DNA of 64,000 nt, taken from assembly GCA_951406725.2 (NCBI GenBank), contig OX597816.1, forward strand, positions 103,168,001 through 103,232,000, written 5' to 3'. This stretch comes from Octopus vulgaris. Lineage: Eukaryota. The notes beneath the pieces were generated by a model. It was not told the origin of the DNA. It saw only the letters and a list, made by a program, of their open reading frames with translations, and searched no databases. Below, in pieces: positions 48,272 to 60,705 of this stretch (the stretch's first letter is position 1; every line of letters starts with the position of its first letter). Made by a program: the position numbers and the translations under genes.

Positions 48272-48351
48272 CAGAACGGAGTTAAGGACAGCTCGACTAG
48301 TTTCATCTGATTATTACCAGCTCATCGGAAGGATTGACTTCATCCGTTCTA
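48272..48351 (-). ncRNA. Type-I hammerhead ribozyme motif, copy 2 (mutated core, intact GUC site)
   Basis: Reverse strand AGAACGGA...CCGAUGA-GCUGG(UAAUAA)UCAGAU-GAAAC-UA-GUC-GAGCUGU...UCCGUUCU: palindromic ACUAGU stem III, 8-bp distal stem I. Confidence 0.65.
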
Positions 48352-48789
48352 ATTATACTTTGTTGAATTCGCTTTTACAAGGATGCTAATATAAATCGAT
48401 ATCATGGCCTTTTTTTGTTTTTGTTTTAGATCCTCCATGCTTGAGGAGAAAGATGTGACCATGAATCTATTTACTATTTAAAGACTGAAAGAAAGCTATA
48501 AGTAAATAAATAAGTAAAATGGCTTCTATTTATATCGATTGGTGATGGTTCCGCCAGTTTCACACACACAGTTCATGCAAATAAGGTTCTGTACATTAAA
48601 AAAATGTTTCATATGTAACTAAAGCTAATTGTGTGGATACTTCCTTTTAACATTGAAATTTTATGCATGATGGTGAATTCTATTTTAGAATGCATTGCAA
48701 GCTGTGCATTCAACACACCAATAATCATGCACACACATATACGTACACATAAAACATACTTCATATATAGTATATATATATATACGCAC

Positions 48790-48939
48790 ACATACATACA
48801 TGTATACATACATACATACATACATACAGACAGACATGCATACATACATACATACATACATACATACATACATACATACATACATACAGACATGCATACA
48901 TACATACATACATACATACATACTTGCATACATAAATAC

Positions 48940-48970
<31 letters not shown>

Positions 48971-49147
48971 CATACGTATATACATACATACATACATACA
49001 TGCATACATACATACATACATACATACATACATACATACATACATACATACATACATACATACATACATACATACATACATACATACATACATACATACA
49101 TACATACATACATACATACATACATACATACATACATACATACATAC

Positions 49148-49178
<31 letters not shown>

Positions 49179-49200
49179 CATACATACATTCATACATATG
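48790..49200. repeat. (CATA)n microsatellite
   Basis: Directly visible. Confidence 0.95.
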
Positions 49201-49209
49201 TACATAATT

Positions 49210-49650
49210 GGCTGTATCCTTACCTTTTTATCATCGACAGTCAGGCTATTTCGTATTTACATCTACTTTTTTCACCGTCTTTCTTAATTATTCTGGCGCC
49301 AAATGGGCATGCAACATTAATTACAGATCACGTGGTTTACCTTGTCCACCACTAATAGGCCCAGCTTCTTATGCTCAAGCATCTGGTCCGTTTGGATTGG
49401 GAAATCCCACAGGATTTTGAAAGTCTCCGACTCAGTCACTCTCTGTGGTTCGTGTTCGTTACCACGTCTGTCCTCTTTTTAACCCCACTCATCACATAGT
49501 TTTCAATGCTGCACTTTCGCTACCTCATCATGTAGCCACAACTTTTTTTGGTTTTGGGCAAGTGAAGGGAATTCATTCACTATATGGTCAATAGTTTCGT
49601 CAAATCCATTATAAATTCGGCATAATATATATTGGGTCATCTCATAAATT
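49210..49650 (-). mobile_element. Decayed Dong/R4-type C-terminal (CCHC/RLE) relic
   Basis: LCRIYNGFDETIDHIVNEFPSLAQ...HDEVAKVQH; FKILWDFPIQTD. Confidence 0.65.
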
Positions 49651-51151
49651 ATGCGTTTTTTTATACTTCTTTTATTTTTCAAAATTAAGATAAAGTTCTT
49701 TTTTAATTTAGAATATACACTCCTTCGTTTTCTACAATGCTCTTCCATCTATGTGGGAGACTTGCAAGTCCTTTCTTCCAAAATTCACTTGTCCGTGACG
49801 AAAAATTATATATAAGCAGATAGATAATGGTTTTTATTATTGTTGATGGTAACGGTGCTTAACCCTCGGTGTGCCCTGATCGAGCAGATCAATAGTCAAA
49901 GACATTCCAGCCGTCCTTTTGTGCATCAAGAACTAAATTGTTCATTGCATCTTGCTGTATTTATTTTCGTTCAGCCTCCAGTTGAGCAAACCTACGAACG
50001 AAGGCGTTCTGTAATGGCCATTTTTAAAAATCGAAAGTGGTAGAATTGATTTAAGGGAGTCATGACAGTGATTTCGAGCAGGATGAGCGTCTTCTTTGAG
50101 GCTCTCCCGTTTCTTCACTCGGAGCGGATATATTTCCCGCCTTTTATTCAAAATTGGTAAGGCAACCAGACAGATCATGCAATGTCTAAGAGAAGCTAGG
50201 CAAAACCTACCCATATTTAAAACTGTTGCTTAACTATAGCAGCAATAACAACATAACAACTAAACGACAACAACAACACTTATTTAATGTGACTGATTTT
50301 GAAGTCGAGGTGTGTGGACTAAATAAGTAACAAGGACAGCAATTTCTTCTTGGATGTAGGCTAACATAATAAAAATAAAAAATATAGACATGAAAATATA
50401 TAGAAATATATAAAAAATACACAGAAATATATAAAAAAAAAATTCAAATTGGTTTCCTGATAAACATACACGGTTATGGTTAGGCAAACAACATATGGCA
50501 TATTCCAGGATAATTTGCTGTCATTCTCAATAGATCAATGAAATTATGACAGTTGAAAAGACTGCAGAACGTGATAGATAATTAGTCATAATTGTGGAAT
50601 TTTCCTTATTCCGAAGAACGAGAAATTTGTTTTTCCCTTTTTGCTTTATATGTAATTATGACATCACAAACAGTTTGATCACCATGAAGCAACGCAAATT
50701 ATAGACACGTGCTTAGGAATCAGAAATAAATGTCATTCATCTAAAAATACAACACTCTTCTTTTGATTTCGGTCCCGCAATTGAGTCTTACTGGGGCTCT
50801 AAATATAAAGGTTTCATCGAAAATATCTACATCAGAACATATTTCAAATTCTTATTTTATCGGTCTCTATTTGCTTATCCATTAAGTTATGGTCCATAAT
50901 AGGACACAACGTAAAAGGTATAGATATTACACACACACACACATACACGCACACACACACGCAATAGTTATATTAATTCATTTAAATAGTGAGGATGACA
51001 TTCCAAAGGCTGGAGCAGTTTGAATGGGAAACGATATTCGCCGGACATTGCCCCATCTCATTATCATTTATTCCGCAGTCTTCAAAATCATTTGGGTGGA
51101 AAAAATATGATTTTTGTAGACACCACGCAGCCTATCAAATGTTGGGAATTC

Positions 51152-51882
51152 CGAGGTACATCCCAGAAGTTTTGAGACTTCTTTTAGGAGAGACAGTTAT
51201 AACTATTCTAAATTATTGTAATTTTAGAATATCATTACTCTGTATCTAATAAATTGACTTGCCAACTTTTACTATTCCAGCTCGAAGGAGAAGACTGTAA
51301 CAGCGCTCTGAACACACTCTGCTAAACACTGCTCGTCACAGCTGATTAATTTGCATTAAAGCAGTCGGGACGTTTGGAAGCTCGCTATGCCATAAAGTTT
51401 TGTGTTAAACTTGGAAAAGACGCTACGAAAATCTATGAAATGGCTCTTGATTGCTTATAAATGAACTTTTTGCTGGCATAAAAGATTCAAGGATGGTAGA
51501 GAGGAATTGAGAGACGATGAGAGGTGCGGGAGGCAGAGCGACATCAGAACATCAGAGCTGGTTGAGAGAGCTCGCAATTTTCTGGATGATAGTCGTGTGT
51601 CTGTAAAGAAAATAAACTCACAATTTGGAGTTGTGACATCTGTACACAATTATTCACGAACATCTGAACATGCGCAAAATTTGTGCAAAGTTTGTGTCCG
51701 GGGTGCTCAGTGACGAATCTGAACGCCTTCACTTCGGAGGACTTCCAGGGAGCGTTCACGAACTGGTTGGAGTGCTACAGCAAGTGCATTTAGGTGAGAG
51801 GATTTCTACTATGAAAGAGATTAGAGTTTTGTACTTTGAAATTAATTAACATCTCGCTGGGGAACTTCTGGAATGCACCTTA
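51152..51882 (+). mobile_element. Internally deleted mariner element with TIRs
   Basis: TIRs CGAGGTACATCCCAGAAGTT / AACTTCTGGAATGCACCTTA-TA; RYAIKFCVKLGK, WHKRFKDGREELRDDERCGR, MRKICAKFV, C-terminal F..W.EC..KCI. Confidence 0.85.
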
Positions 51883-52184
51883 TACAAACGGAAAGTTAAT
51901 GATTAAAATCCACTATAAAAGTCTAGTATACATACACTACTAAACATACTCATGTACACAAATTGAAGCATTTTTGTATCGAAAGATATTTCTTTCCGTC
52001 TGTAGCCAAATAGAAGTTCGGAAGATCTATTTTTGTAGCGTTTGTAAATAAATATTTCTAGATAATAGAATAATCGTCTGTGATTTTTTTCGCACTAAAC
52101 TTTATTTCTGTCACGTTCATCTCAACAAGAATCAAGAAACAACTTTGAAAGCCTAAGAAATCTTTCCCACTATCAAAATCAATA

Positions 52185-52674
<490 letters not shown>

Positions 52675-52685
52675 TGTATGTATAT

Positions 52686-52945
52686 GTAAGGGTAAAGACC
52701 CCCTTCGGTCATGAGTGACCATGGGATTGCACCTAGAGAGTTACCCTCTGAGGCACAAGTCTGGGCAAGGTTGTTTATGGAAGGCCAGCTGTCGCCCATG
52801 CATACCGGCCTCCCCTCTCCACACCATTGATGTTGTCCAAGGGAAAGGCAAAGGGGCCGATACAGCTTGGCACCAGTGACGTCGCAACTCATTTCTACAG
52901 CTGAGTGAACTGGAGCAACGTGAAATAAAGTGCCTTGCTCAAGGA
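52686..52945 (-). mobile_element. 5'-truncated CORE-like SINE of a third family
   Basis: Reverse strand begins CCTTGAGCAAGGCACTTTATTTCACGTTGCTCCAGTTCACTCAGCTGTAGAAATGAG; ends in (CCTTAC)-like tail next to (TA)n. Confidence 0.7.
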
Positions 52946-53540
52946 TGTCCATAAATTACAGACATCACTAAATATATCCCCAATGGTTCCTTATAATTTT
53001 TTGAAAACATAAAAGGTTAGATAGGATGATGTCTATATTACAATATAGCAATAACCAACAATATGTTGTGCATGAATAGTAATATTACGATCATGAAATT
53101 AGCATTAGCTTATCTCAGTCTTTCTCACGGAACTCCTAGGGACCTTTTGCGGAACCTTAGGGTTCCGGGGAACCTCTGTTGAGAATTGCTACTCTAGCTT
53201 ATCACGCAATATGATGCTAGTTTCATACCATGTGAAATATAATAGTTGAGTGAGAAACTTATTACCGTCTAGGCAATGTATCGTGCGTAGTATACACTTC
53301 TAATTATATGTATGTATTTGAGCATGTATGTATGTTATTTAGTTATTTGTAGATATCTTGCCAACAGAGAAAGGGCAGGTTTCGAATCAAGATTCAAGGC
53401 TCCTTCATTGTAATTTCAACGACATCAACAGGATTTTTGCATGTATGTGTGTATGTGTGCAGTATTTAGAGTCCGTGCATATCAGATTTGTATGCTTTGT
53501 TTATGTATGTATTCTCACGCATACAGTTGCATGTCTAGAC

Positions 53541-53598
<58 letters not shown>

Positions 53599-53868
53599 TT
53601 AAATGACAAATCTCTGGAACGTTTTAAAATTTTTTACAGTTCCACGGATGGATTTCATCTGTAATCTTCGAATCATCTTTCTACTTTCTGGTTTTGAGAA
53701 ACCTAATTTCTCAAGACACTGCCTAAGTAAAAATCTGAAATCAGTCATTTTATGGCTGATAGATAAGCACTCTCAAAATTCACTGATCAACCAAAGATAT
53801 GTCGACCTCAATAGAGATTATAAAGATAGTAGATGTGAAGAATTTGCTTATAATATACGTAACCAATC

Positions 53869-54290
53869 AAGGCGGCGAGCTGGCCGAAACGTTAGCACGC
53901 CGGGCGAAATGCTTAGCGGCATTTCGTCTGTCTTTACTTCTGAGTTCAAGTTTCACCGACGTCAACTTTGCCTTTCATCCTTTTGGGGTTGATAAATTAA
54001 GTACCAGTTGCGTGCTGGGACCGATCCAATCGACTGGCCCCCTTCTCCAAAATTTCGGGTTTTGTGCCTAGAGTAGAAAGGAATATATGTAACCAATAGC
54101 ACGCCGGGCAAAATACTTAGCAGCATTTCGCCCCTCATTACGTTCTGAGTTCAAATTCTGCCAAGGTCGACTTTGACTTTTATCCCTTTCGGGGTCGGTG
54201 AAGTAAGTATCAGTAGAGCACTGAGGTCGAAGTAATCAACTTACCCCTTTCTCCGAAATTTCTGGCCTTATGCCAAAATTTGAAACCAAT
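53869..54290 (+). mobile_element. Two family A SINEs
   Basis: aaggcggcgagctggccgaaacgttagc...; ATATA.GTAACCAAT repeated at both junctions and the end (TSD-like). Confidence 0.85.
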
Positions 54291-54890
54291 ATATGTAACC
54301 AATGAGTTGCTACCCTACACTATTACAGAAATTCTCCTGCAAAACACATGCTTACTAAAGCAAAGTGTCAGAAATGCACAGATCCGACGTTATAAAAACA
54401 CTATTTAACGGCGAGCAACAATGCAACAATTAATACAATATCAGAAGTACAATCTGATAATAAAACTATGAACAATGATAACGAAAATGGCTCAGAAATG
54501 ATTCCAGACACTGGTTTAGATACAAATATTGAACAAGCTAAAAGATACAAATAATCACGTCGATCTCAAAGAACAACGTGAAATATTGTAATTATAATTA
54601 GACCTCTATGACTCAACTTTCATTTTTTTCATGAACATTTATTAAATGGCATAAATCTTGACAAAAATGAATGCATAAAATTTTCATCTTTGTATATCCA
54701 ATAGATGATATCTCAGCGCACCAATGTGTCTCATAGAGATTAGATTGGACTTAATTTCAAACTAGACATAATTTAAAGAAATCCCATAAATCCATCAGTG
54801 TATACATACATACATACATACGTACATACATACATGCGTACATACATACATACATACGTACATACATACATACATACATACATACATACA

Positions 54891-54919
<29 letters not shown>

Positions 54920-54921
<2 letters not shown>

Positions 54922-55333
54922 TGACCTGACTGCCGACCGCCAACACCTCTTATGTCCATCTCCTATGTTCGCCTTTAGGCTTTCACTTCATTCACGCTAG
55001 CACAATTTGATTCGTCCTCAGTCGAAAGACACCTGTTGTTTGTAATTGTGTACCATGTTCTCCGTTTTTTGTCGTTGTTGCCATACACATTCGCTAGCTT
55101 TCTTACAAAAAAATCTAATGCTCTTAGCTTAGACTTGTTGGTGGGGCAACCAGATCACACTGTCTCAAGTGTAACTGCCCGAAACAGTAAGGACTTCTGG
55201 TAACTTGACTGAGGAAAGAAGGCAACGAATGACCCATCTTTTTTTCCCTGTCCTTCTGATTGTTGTTTCTCCTGTCCGCCTTTCTATTGTCTATCTGTCC
55301 GAATGTTTTATTGTTCTCAGTTGCTTTTTTGCT

Positions 55334-55335
<2 letters not shown>
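54920..55335 (+). mobile_element. Possible Penelope terminal-repeat relic between microsatellites
   Basis: GTCTCAAG-TGTAACTGCCC-GAAACAGTAAGGAC at ~55172-55194 resembles a decayed minimal hammerhead; T-rich tail. Confidence 0.3.
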
Positions 55336-55336
<1 letters not shown>

Positions 55337-55388
<52 letters not shown>

Positions 55389-55425
55389 CACACATATATA
55401 TATGTATATATATGTATACATATGT

Positions 55426-55464
<39 letters not shown>

Positions 55465-55536
55465 CACATATATATATTTATGTATATATATATATGTATA
55501 TATATGTATACATACATATATATATGTATGTATATA

Positions 55537-55568
<32 letters not shown>

Positions 55569-55645
55569 CATACATATATATATATGCATTCATATATATA
55601 TATATATATGTATGTATATATATATACACACATGCATACATACAT

Positions 55646-55688
<43 letters not shown>

Positions 55689-55804
55689 CATATATATATA
55701 TACATACATACATATGTATATGTATATATATAAATATATATACACACATACATACATATATATTCATATATATACACATACATGCATATATATATATAAT
55801 ATAC

Positions 55805-55835
<31 letters not shown>

Positions 55836-55908
55836 CATACATATATATATATATTATATATATATATACACATACACACATGCATATATATATATGTGTG
55901 TATATGTA

Positions 55909-55956
<48 letters not shown>

Positions 55957-55995
55957 TTAGATAATATATATATATATGCATTAGATAATACATAT
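55337..55995. repeat. Long degenerate (TA)n/(CATA)n/(TATG)n microsatellite
   Basis: Directly visible. Confidence 0.95.
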
Positions 55996-56019
55996 ATATA
56001 TATATATGCATTAGATAAA

Positions 56020-57710
56020 AGCTCAGAGATAGTACTTAGATGGAAAACTTTTTAGAGAAATCAAATACCAAAAACAATATTCAAATTATGGGTGATTTTA
56101 GTGCACACCATCTTTTTTGGAGCCTAGCATCAGATAAAATAAAAGCGTAAAAGGAGAATGTCGTCTGAAGACTATGAATAAATATAACTTTAATTTACAC
56201 ACAGTTCTAGATTCCCCAGCCTATGGACAGTATAATCATCGTACCACAACAATAGATCATTTGTCGTCTTCTTTATCAGCTTCTTGTTTAATAGATAACT
56301 GGAAATTAGACTATAAAGTGGATCTAGCCTCGGTTCAGGTCACTTGTACTTTAATTTAGCCAGTCAAGTATATCTAAGAAAATATAATATCTATTTCAGA
56401 GGACTTACTGCACATTATATTTAGCAGCATATCCAATCAGTTGAAGATCTAAAAATAAGTCTACAAATATTTATAGACAGAATTTAAAATACAATCACTG
56501 TGAAAGCTTCTATTAACTATTTCAGTCTGGATAAAAACAACAAACTAGTGGTAAAGATAATAATAAAGCATTGTGAAAGTAAAAATTAAGACATCTAAAA
56601 GACAAGATGATCCTATCATTACAAGAATGGAAATCCCATCCAATGGATTGTAATGAAAATTATAAAGAAATATATATATATATATATAAACAATGATTTA
56701 AAAAGCGAATAAAATAAGTCACAAAGGTTTTCTGGTGAAGTGAAAATAATCTGGAGTACGTCTGGGATGCATGTAATGTATATAATTCAATGATGGAACC
56801 AATACTTTCGAAAGCAAATAAAAAACTATTAATATATTAATCAGAATAATGAAGTAATCGCAGCCACTTCTAAATTCTCATAGTTATTCGCAGAAACGTT
56901 TATTTTTTTTTTTCATTTTTCGCAAAAAAGAGAACGTTATTCCTCTCAATCCAAGTATAGATTTTCCTCCTATTATTAAACATGAGTTATTATCAGCTAA
57001 AGATGATTAAAAAAAAGAAGAAACATCTACCAGTTTAGATGAAATATCTATTTTAATCATGGAGTATAATACAAGAAATGGAGCTAAAAATTTCAACAGG
57101 AGTCACTGTGTGGTATGTAGCTTGCTCACCAACCACATGGTTTCGGGTTCAGTCCCATAGCGTGGCACCTTGGGAAAGTGTCTTCTACTACAGTCCAGGG
57201 ATGACCAAAACCTTGTGAACGGATTTGGTAGATGGAAACTGAAAGAAGTTCATCGTATATATATTTATATGTTTGTGTGTCTGTGTTTGTCCCGCCCACC
57301 ATCACATGACAACCGATGCTGGTGTGTTTACGTTCCAGTAACTTAGCAGTTCGGCAAGACAGACAGTTAGAATAAGTACCAGGCTTACAAAGAATAAGTC
57401 ATGAGGTTGATTTGTTCGACTAAAGGCGGTGCTCCAGCATGGCCCCAGTCAAATGAATGAAAAGAATAAAGGAATAAAAAGAATAAACGAATTAGATTTA
57501 TGAACATTTTCTTATACCTTTGCAATATCAAAACCAAATAAAGATAATTGCCATTCAAATAGATCATAACGATCTATAGCTCTAAGTAATATATCTAAAA
57601 TGTTGGAGAAAATAATGGGCAATAGACTATGTTACTTGGGATGAAAAATTAGTTTTATATTTAAATACTTAATACAAAAACGGGCTTTAGATTGCATCAT
57701 GATTTTGAAA
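56020..57710 (+). mobile_element. Ancient APE-type LINE relic (I/jockey group), interrupted by a SINE and by an L1/Tx1 fragment
   Basis: IQIMGDFSAHHLFW (GDFNAH..W endonuclease motif) at ~56080; RSIALSNISKMLEKIM and GFR remnants at ~57570-57690. Confidence 0.6.
57098..57480 (+). mobile_element. Family B SINE
   Basis: ggagtcactgtgtggtatgtagcttgc...ggcaccttgggaaagtgtcttctac...gctccagcatggcc. Confidence 0.85.
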
Positions 57711-57714
57711 TATT

Positions 57715-58875
57715 TGATGCAGAATGTTTGACGTGGAACGGCTTAGAAAGAAAGCCGTTCACCCGAACTAGCGTGTCATTGTTGTCATACATTTGAATGA
57801 ACCACCTGAGTAAGCCAAGACCCAGACCGAACTGTGCCAGAACGGACACCAGGTAGTGATGGTCGACCCTATCAAAAGCTTGTGATTGGTCTAAAAGGAC
57901 TACTGCTCCTCCCTTGCCAGAATCGTTATTAATTCCCTCTAAAGTGCATCTTATAAGATGGAGATTATCCTGAATGGATCTGCCGGGGATGGCACATGTC
58001 TGTGCTCCCCCGATCATCTCATCTGCGACACGCGCCAATCTTTTCGATAACACTTTGGCCAAAATCTTTAGCTCTGCGTTGAGTAGAGTGATGGGCCTAA
58101 AATTATCAATGACATCTTCCTTGTTCAGATCGGGTCCTTTTTGACGAGCGTCACCACTCCCCGGCATACAGATCTGAGGATGAGCCCATTCTGTTGCCAG
58201 TTCGCGTAGACACTCGCCAATAGATGTCCGAACAAGTCCAGCATACTCTTATACAACTCGAAGGGTAGACCATCCAGCACTGGCGCTTTACCCGCATGCA
58301 GTCAGCCATGGCCTCTTTTACTTCCTCAGGCGTGATCAGCCCCTCACTACACCTCGCATCGAGTGGCGCGGCAGCCCGGCGAGAAAGTCCGTTATGTCCT
58401 TCTTACACTCCGGCCCACCGCTCCCTCCGAAAAGCTGGGCCAAGTGGTCCTGAAAGACCTCACACATCTCCTCGGGCTCGTCTATCAACTTACCTTGCTG
58501 GCTCGTCAAAGATCGAATTGTGACATCATTGTCACGTTGGGCTTCTACTACTCGGATCCATCCCGCAGCATCGATTCCTCCGCAACCCATTGCATGTTGT
58601 CTAGCCCTGGCAATGCAACCCATGTGTTTAGCTTCGAAGAGCTGGTTTAACACTAGTCTCTTGGCCTTCACCTGAGTCGCAGAGCCAGTTCGCATTGCAT
58701 CCTTTAAGATTCCCTTCTAGCCTCTCTAGCCTCTCTATCCACTAAACCTATGCTATATCTAATAGACTCATATTTAATGGCTCGCTTAAGGGCATACCAC
58801 CATTTGTTATTAATAATGGATCCGGTTAATGCCCTCTGAATTAACATCCTAATCCGGTCTCTGTACTCCTTAAGT
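57715..58875 (-). mobile_element. L1/Tx1-like ORF2 fragment (linker plus N-half of RT), frameshifted
   Basis: DNFRPITLLNAELKILAKVL, AQTCAIPGRSIQDNLHLIR, LLDQSQAFDRVDH, VRVNGFLS. Confidence 0.9.
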
Positions 58876-60648
58876 CGTGTGGAATTACCTTTCTGTTCCA
58901 GAAGACACTATTAAAAAAAAACATCTGGCATTACTTGCTTCAATACTAAAGTTATCAGTTTGATTGAGGACCATTTTAAAAACGGTCATAAAAAAGGATG
59001 GGGGTACAATTTATTTTCGAGGATTCACCAAACCATAAATAAGATCTTCCAATTCATGGAGACAACAAAAATATTTAACGACAGAAACATTTAACCGTTC
59101 TTTAGCTGTATTTCTTTTCACTTCTTTTTCCTTCTCTCTAATTCTTGTGAGTTTGTTTCAGTTTATTTTTTCGCCAGTCTGTCATGGCTTACCAGTTTTA
59201 CACGGACGTTTAAACTGATTAAATAAATATTTTAAAGTGACATTTTAAAAATAATGTAATTAACGAAAATGATTTGAACAAACATTTAAGGATTCAGAGC
59301 TGTTTGTTTTTCTTGTCGACAAGAATTGGCACTGAAGGTTTTCGCCCGTTTGTTAACGTGTATGTATACGTGATCGTTGGTTTGTGTATGCGAGTTTGCG
59401 CTCGCGTACTTGTGTTAAATGAATGAATATATGGATTCTCAGATTTGTTGAATTAAAAAACAGAACTACATTATGTTCGTGTCTCCCTCTTTTGTTGCTA
59501 CTGCGGCTGCCGCTGCTGCTGTTGTTGTTATTGCTTAACATATGGTCAATGGCGTTCCAACCGCAACCATCTCATCTATTTTCACTCATATATATTTCTA
59601 AGACTAATTTCTCTCATATATTTTCTGAGGCTAATTTATTCAGTGTGTACATTTTTTTGTTATAAACTGATGTGTGGAAGATTTAACTGTCATTTCTAGC
59701 AGGCCGCACAATTTGGAAGAGGTTCCCTCGTTGTCTCACGCTCCCTCATTTACATGAATATAAATGTTTAGCTTTACCTCTGCTTTGTTATTGTAATATA
59801 AGTTAAGGTCAACTTGATACGATGGAGTAGAATTCGGCTAGAAAGCACTCTAATGAGACCACACTATTTTTGTACCGCAACACGTAATCTAATTCTACCT
59901 TCTTTTCGACGACGGAAAGATGTGACAGGAGGGGAAATATTGCTGTTATTCACTATCATTTGAGCGACCAGGTAAAGACCGCCATCTTCCTTTCGCATCA
60001 GTTCTCTGTAGCATAAGTAATCTAAGTGAAATGAAGTGAAATGGTGATATTTAAGCTTAAACCATGTCGTATACTTGAGCTAATATCCACAGACACACTG
60101 TACATTGCAGGTAAAGACCTACATTGCTGACTTTATGCATAAAATATTCGGGCGAGGCATTTATTTACTTAACTTTGCAGGAAGAAATCAGACGATATTT
60201 ATGATTCCATTGCAAATGACTTAACAATCGATTATTAGAGAAATATTATAAAACTACTCATGAAATTTAATGTCCTACATTTATCGGATCGCTGTGCGTT
60301 CCTGTCAACAATATGCATTTACTTTTTTCTCTTCCCTTTTCAAAGTTTACTCAAATTTCTTTTTTAGTGTATAATCAATATTACAATGAAATTATAACAG
60401 TGACATACTATAAAACTATATTGTAAATTGCAAGAAAATTATAAAAAGATTAGGTTTTGTTATTGTGTTTGTTGATAGCATACGTCGTCTGCTTTGTTTT
60501 CTTTTGGTCACGTATCACCCATCCACAAACCCACAAAACAACCAACCCACCAACCAACCAACTAACCTACCTACCTACCTAGTTCGTTATAAAGGCTGCT
60601 TTTGTCACATGTAGCTAGTATATTTACACAAACACATACATACATACA

Positions 60649-60702
<54 letters not shown>

Positions 60703-60705
<3 letters not shown>

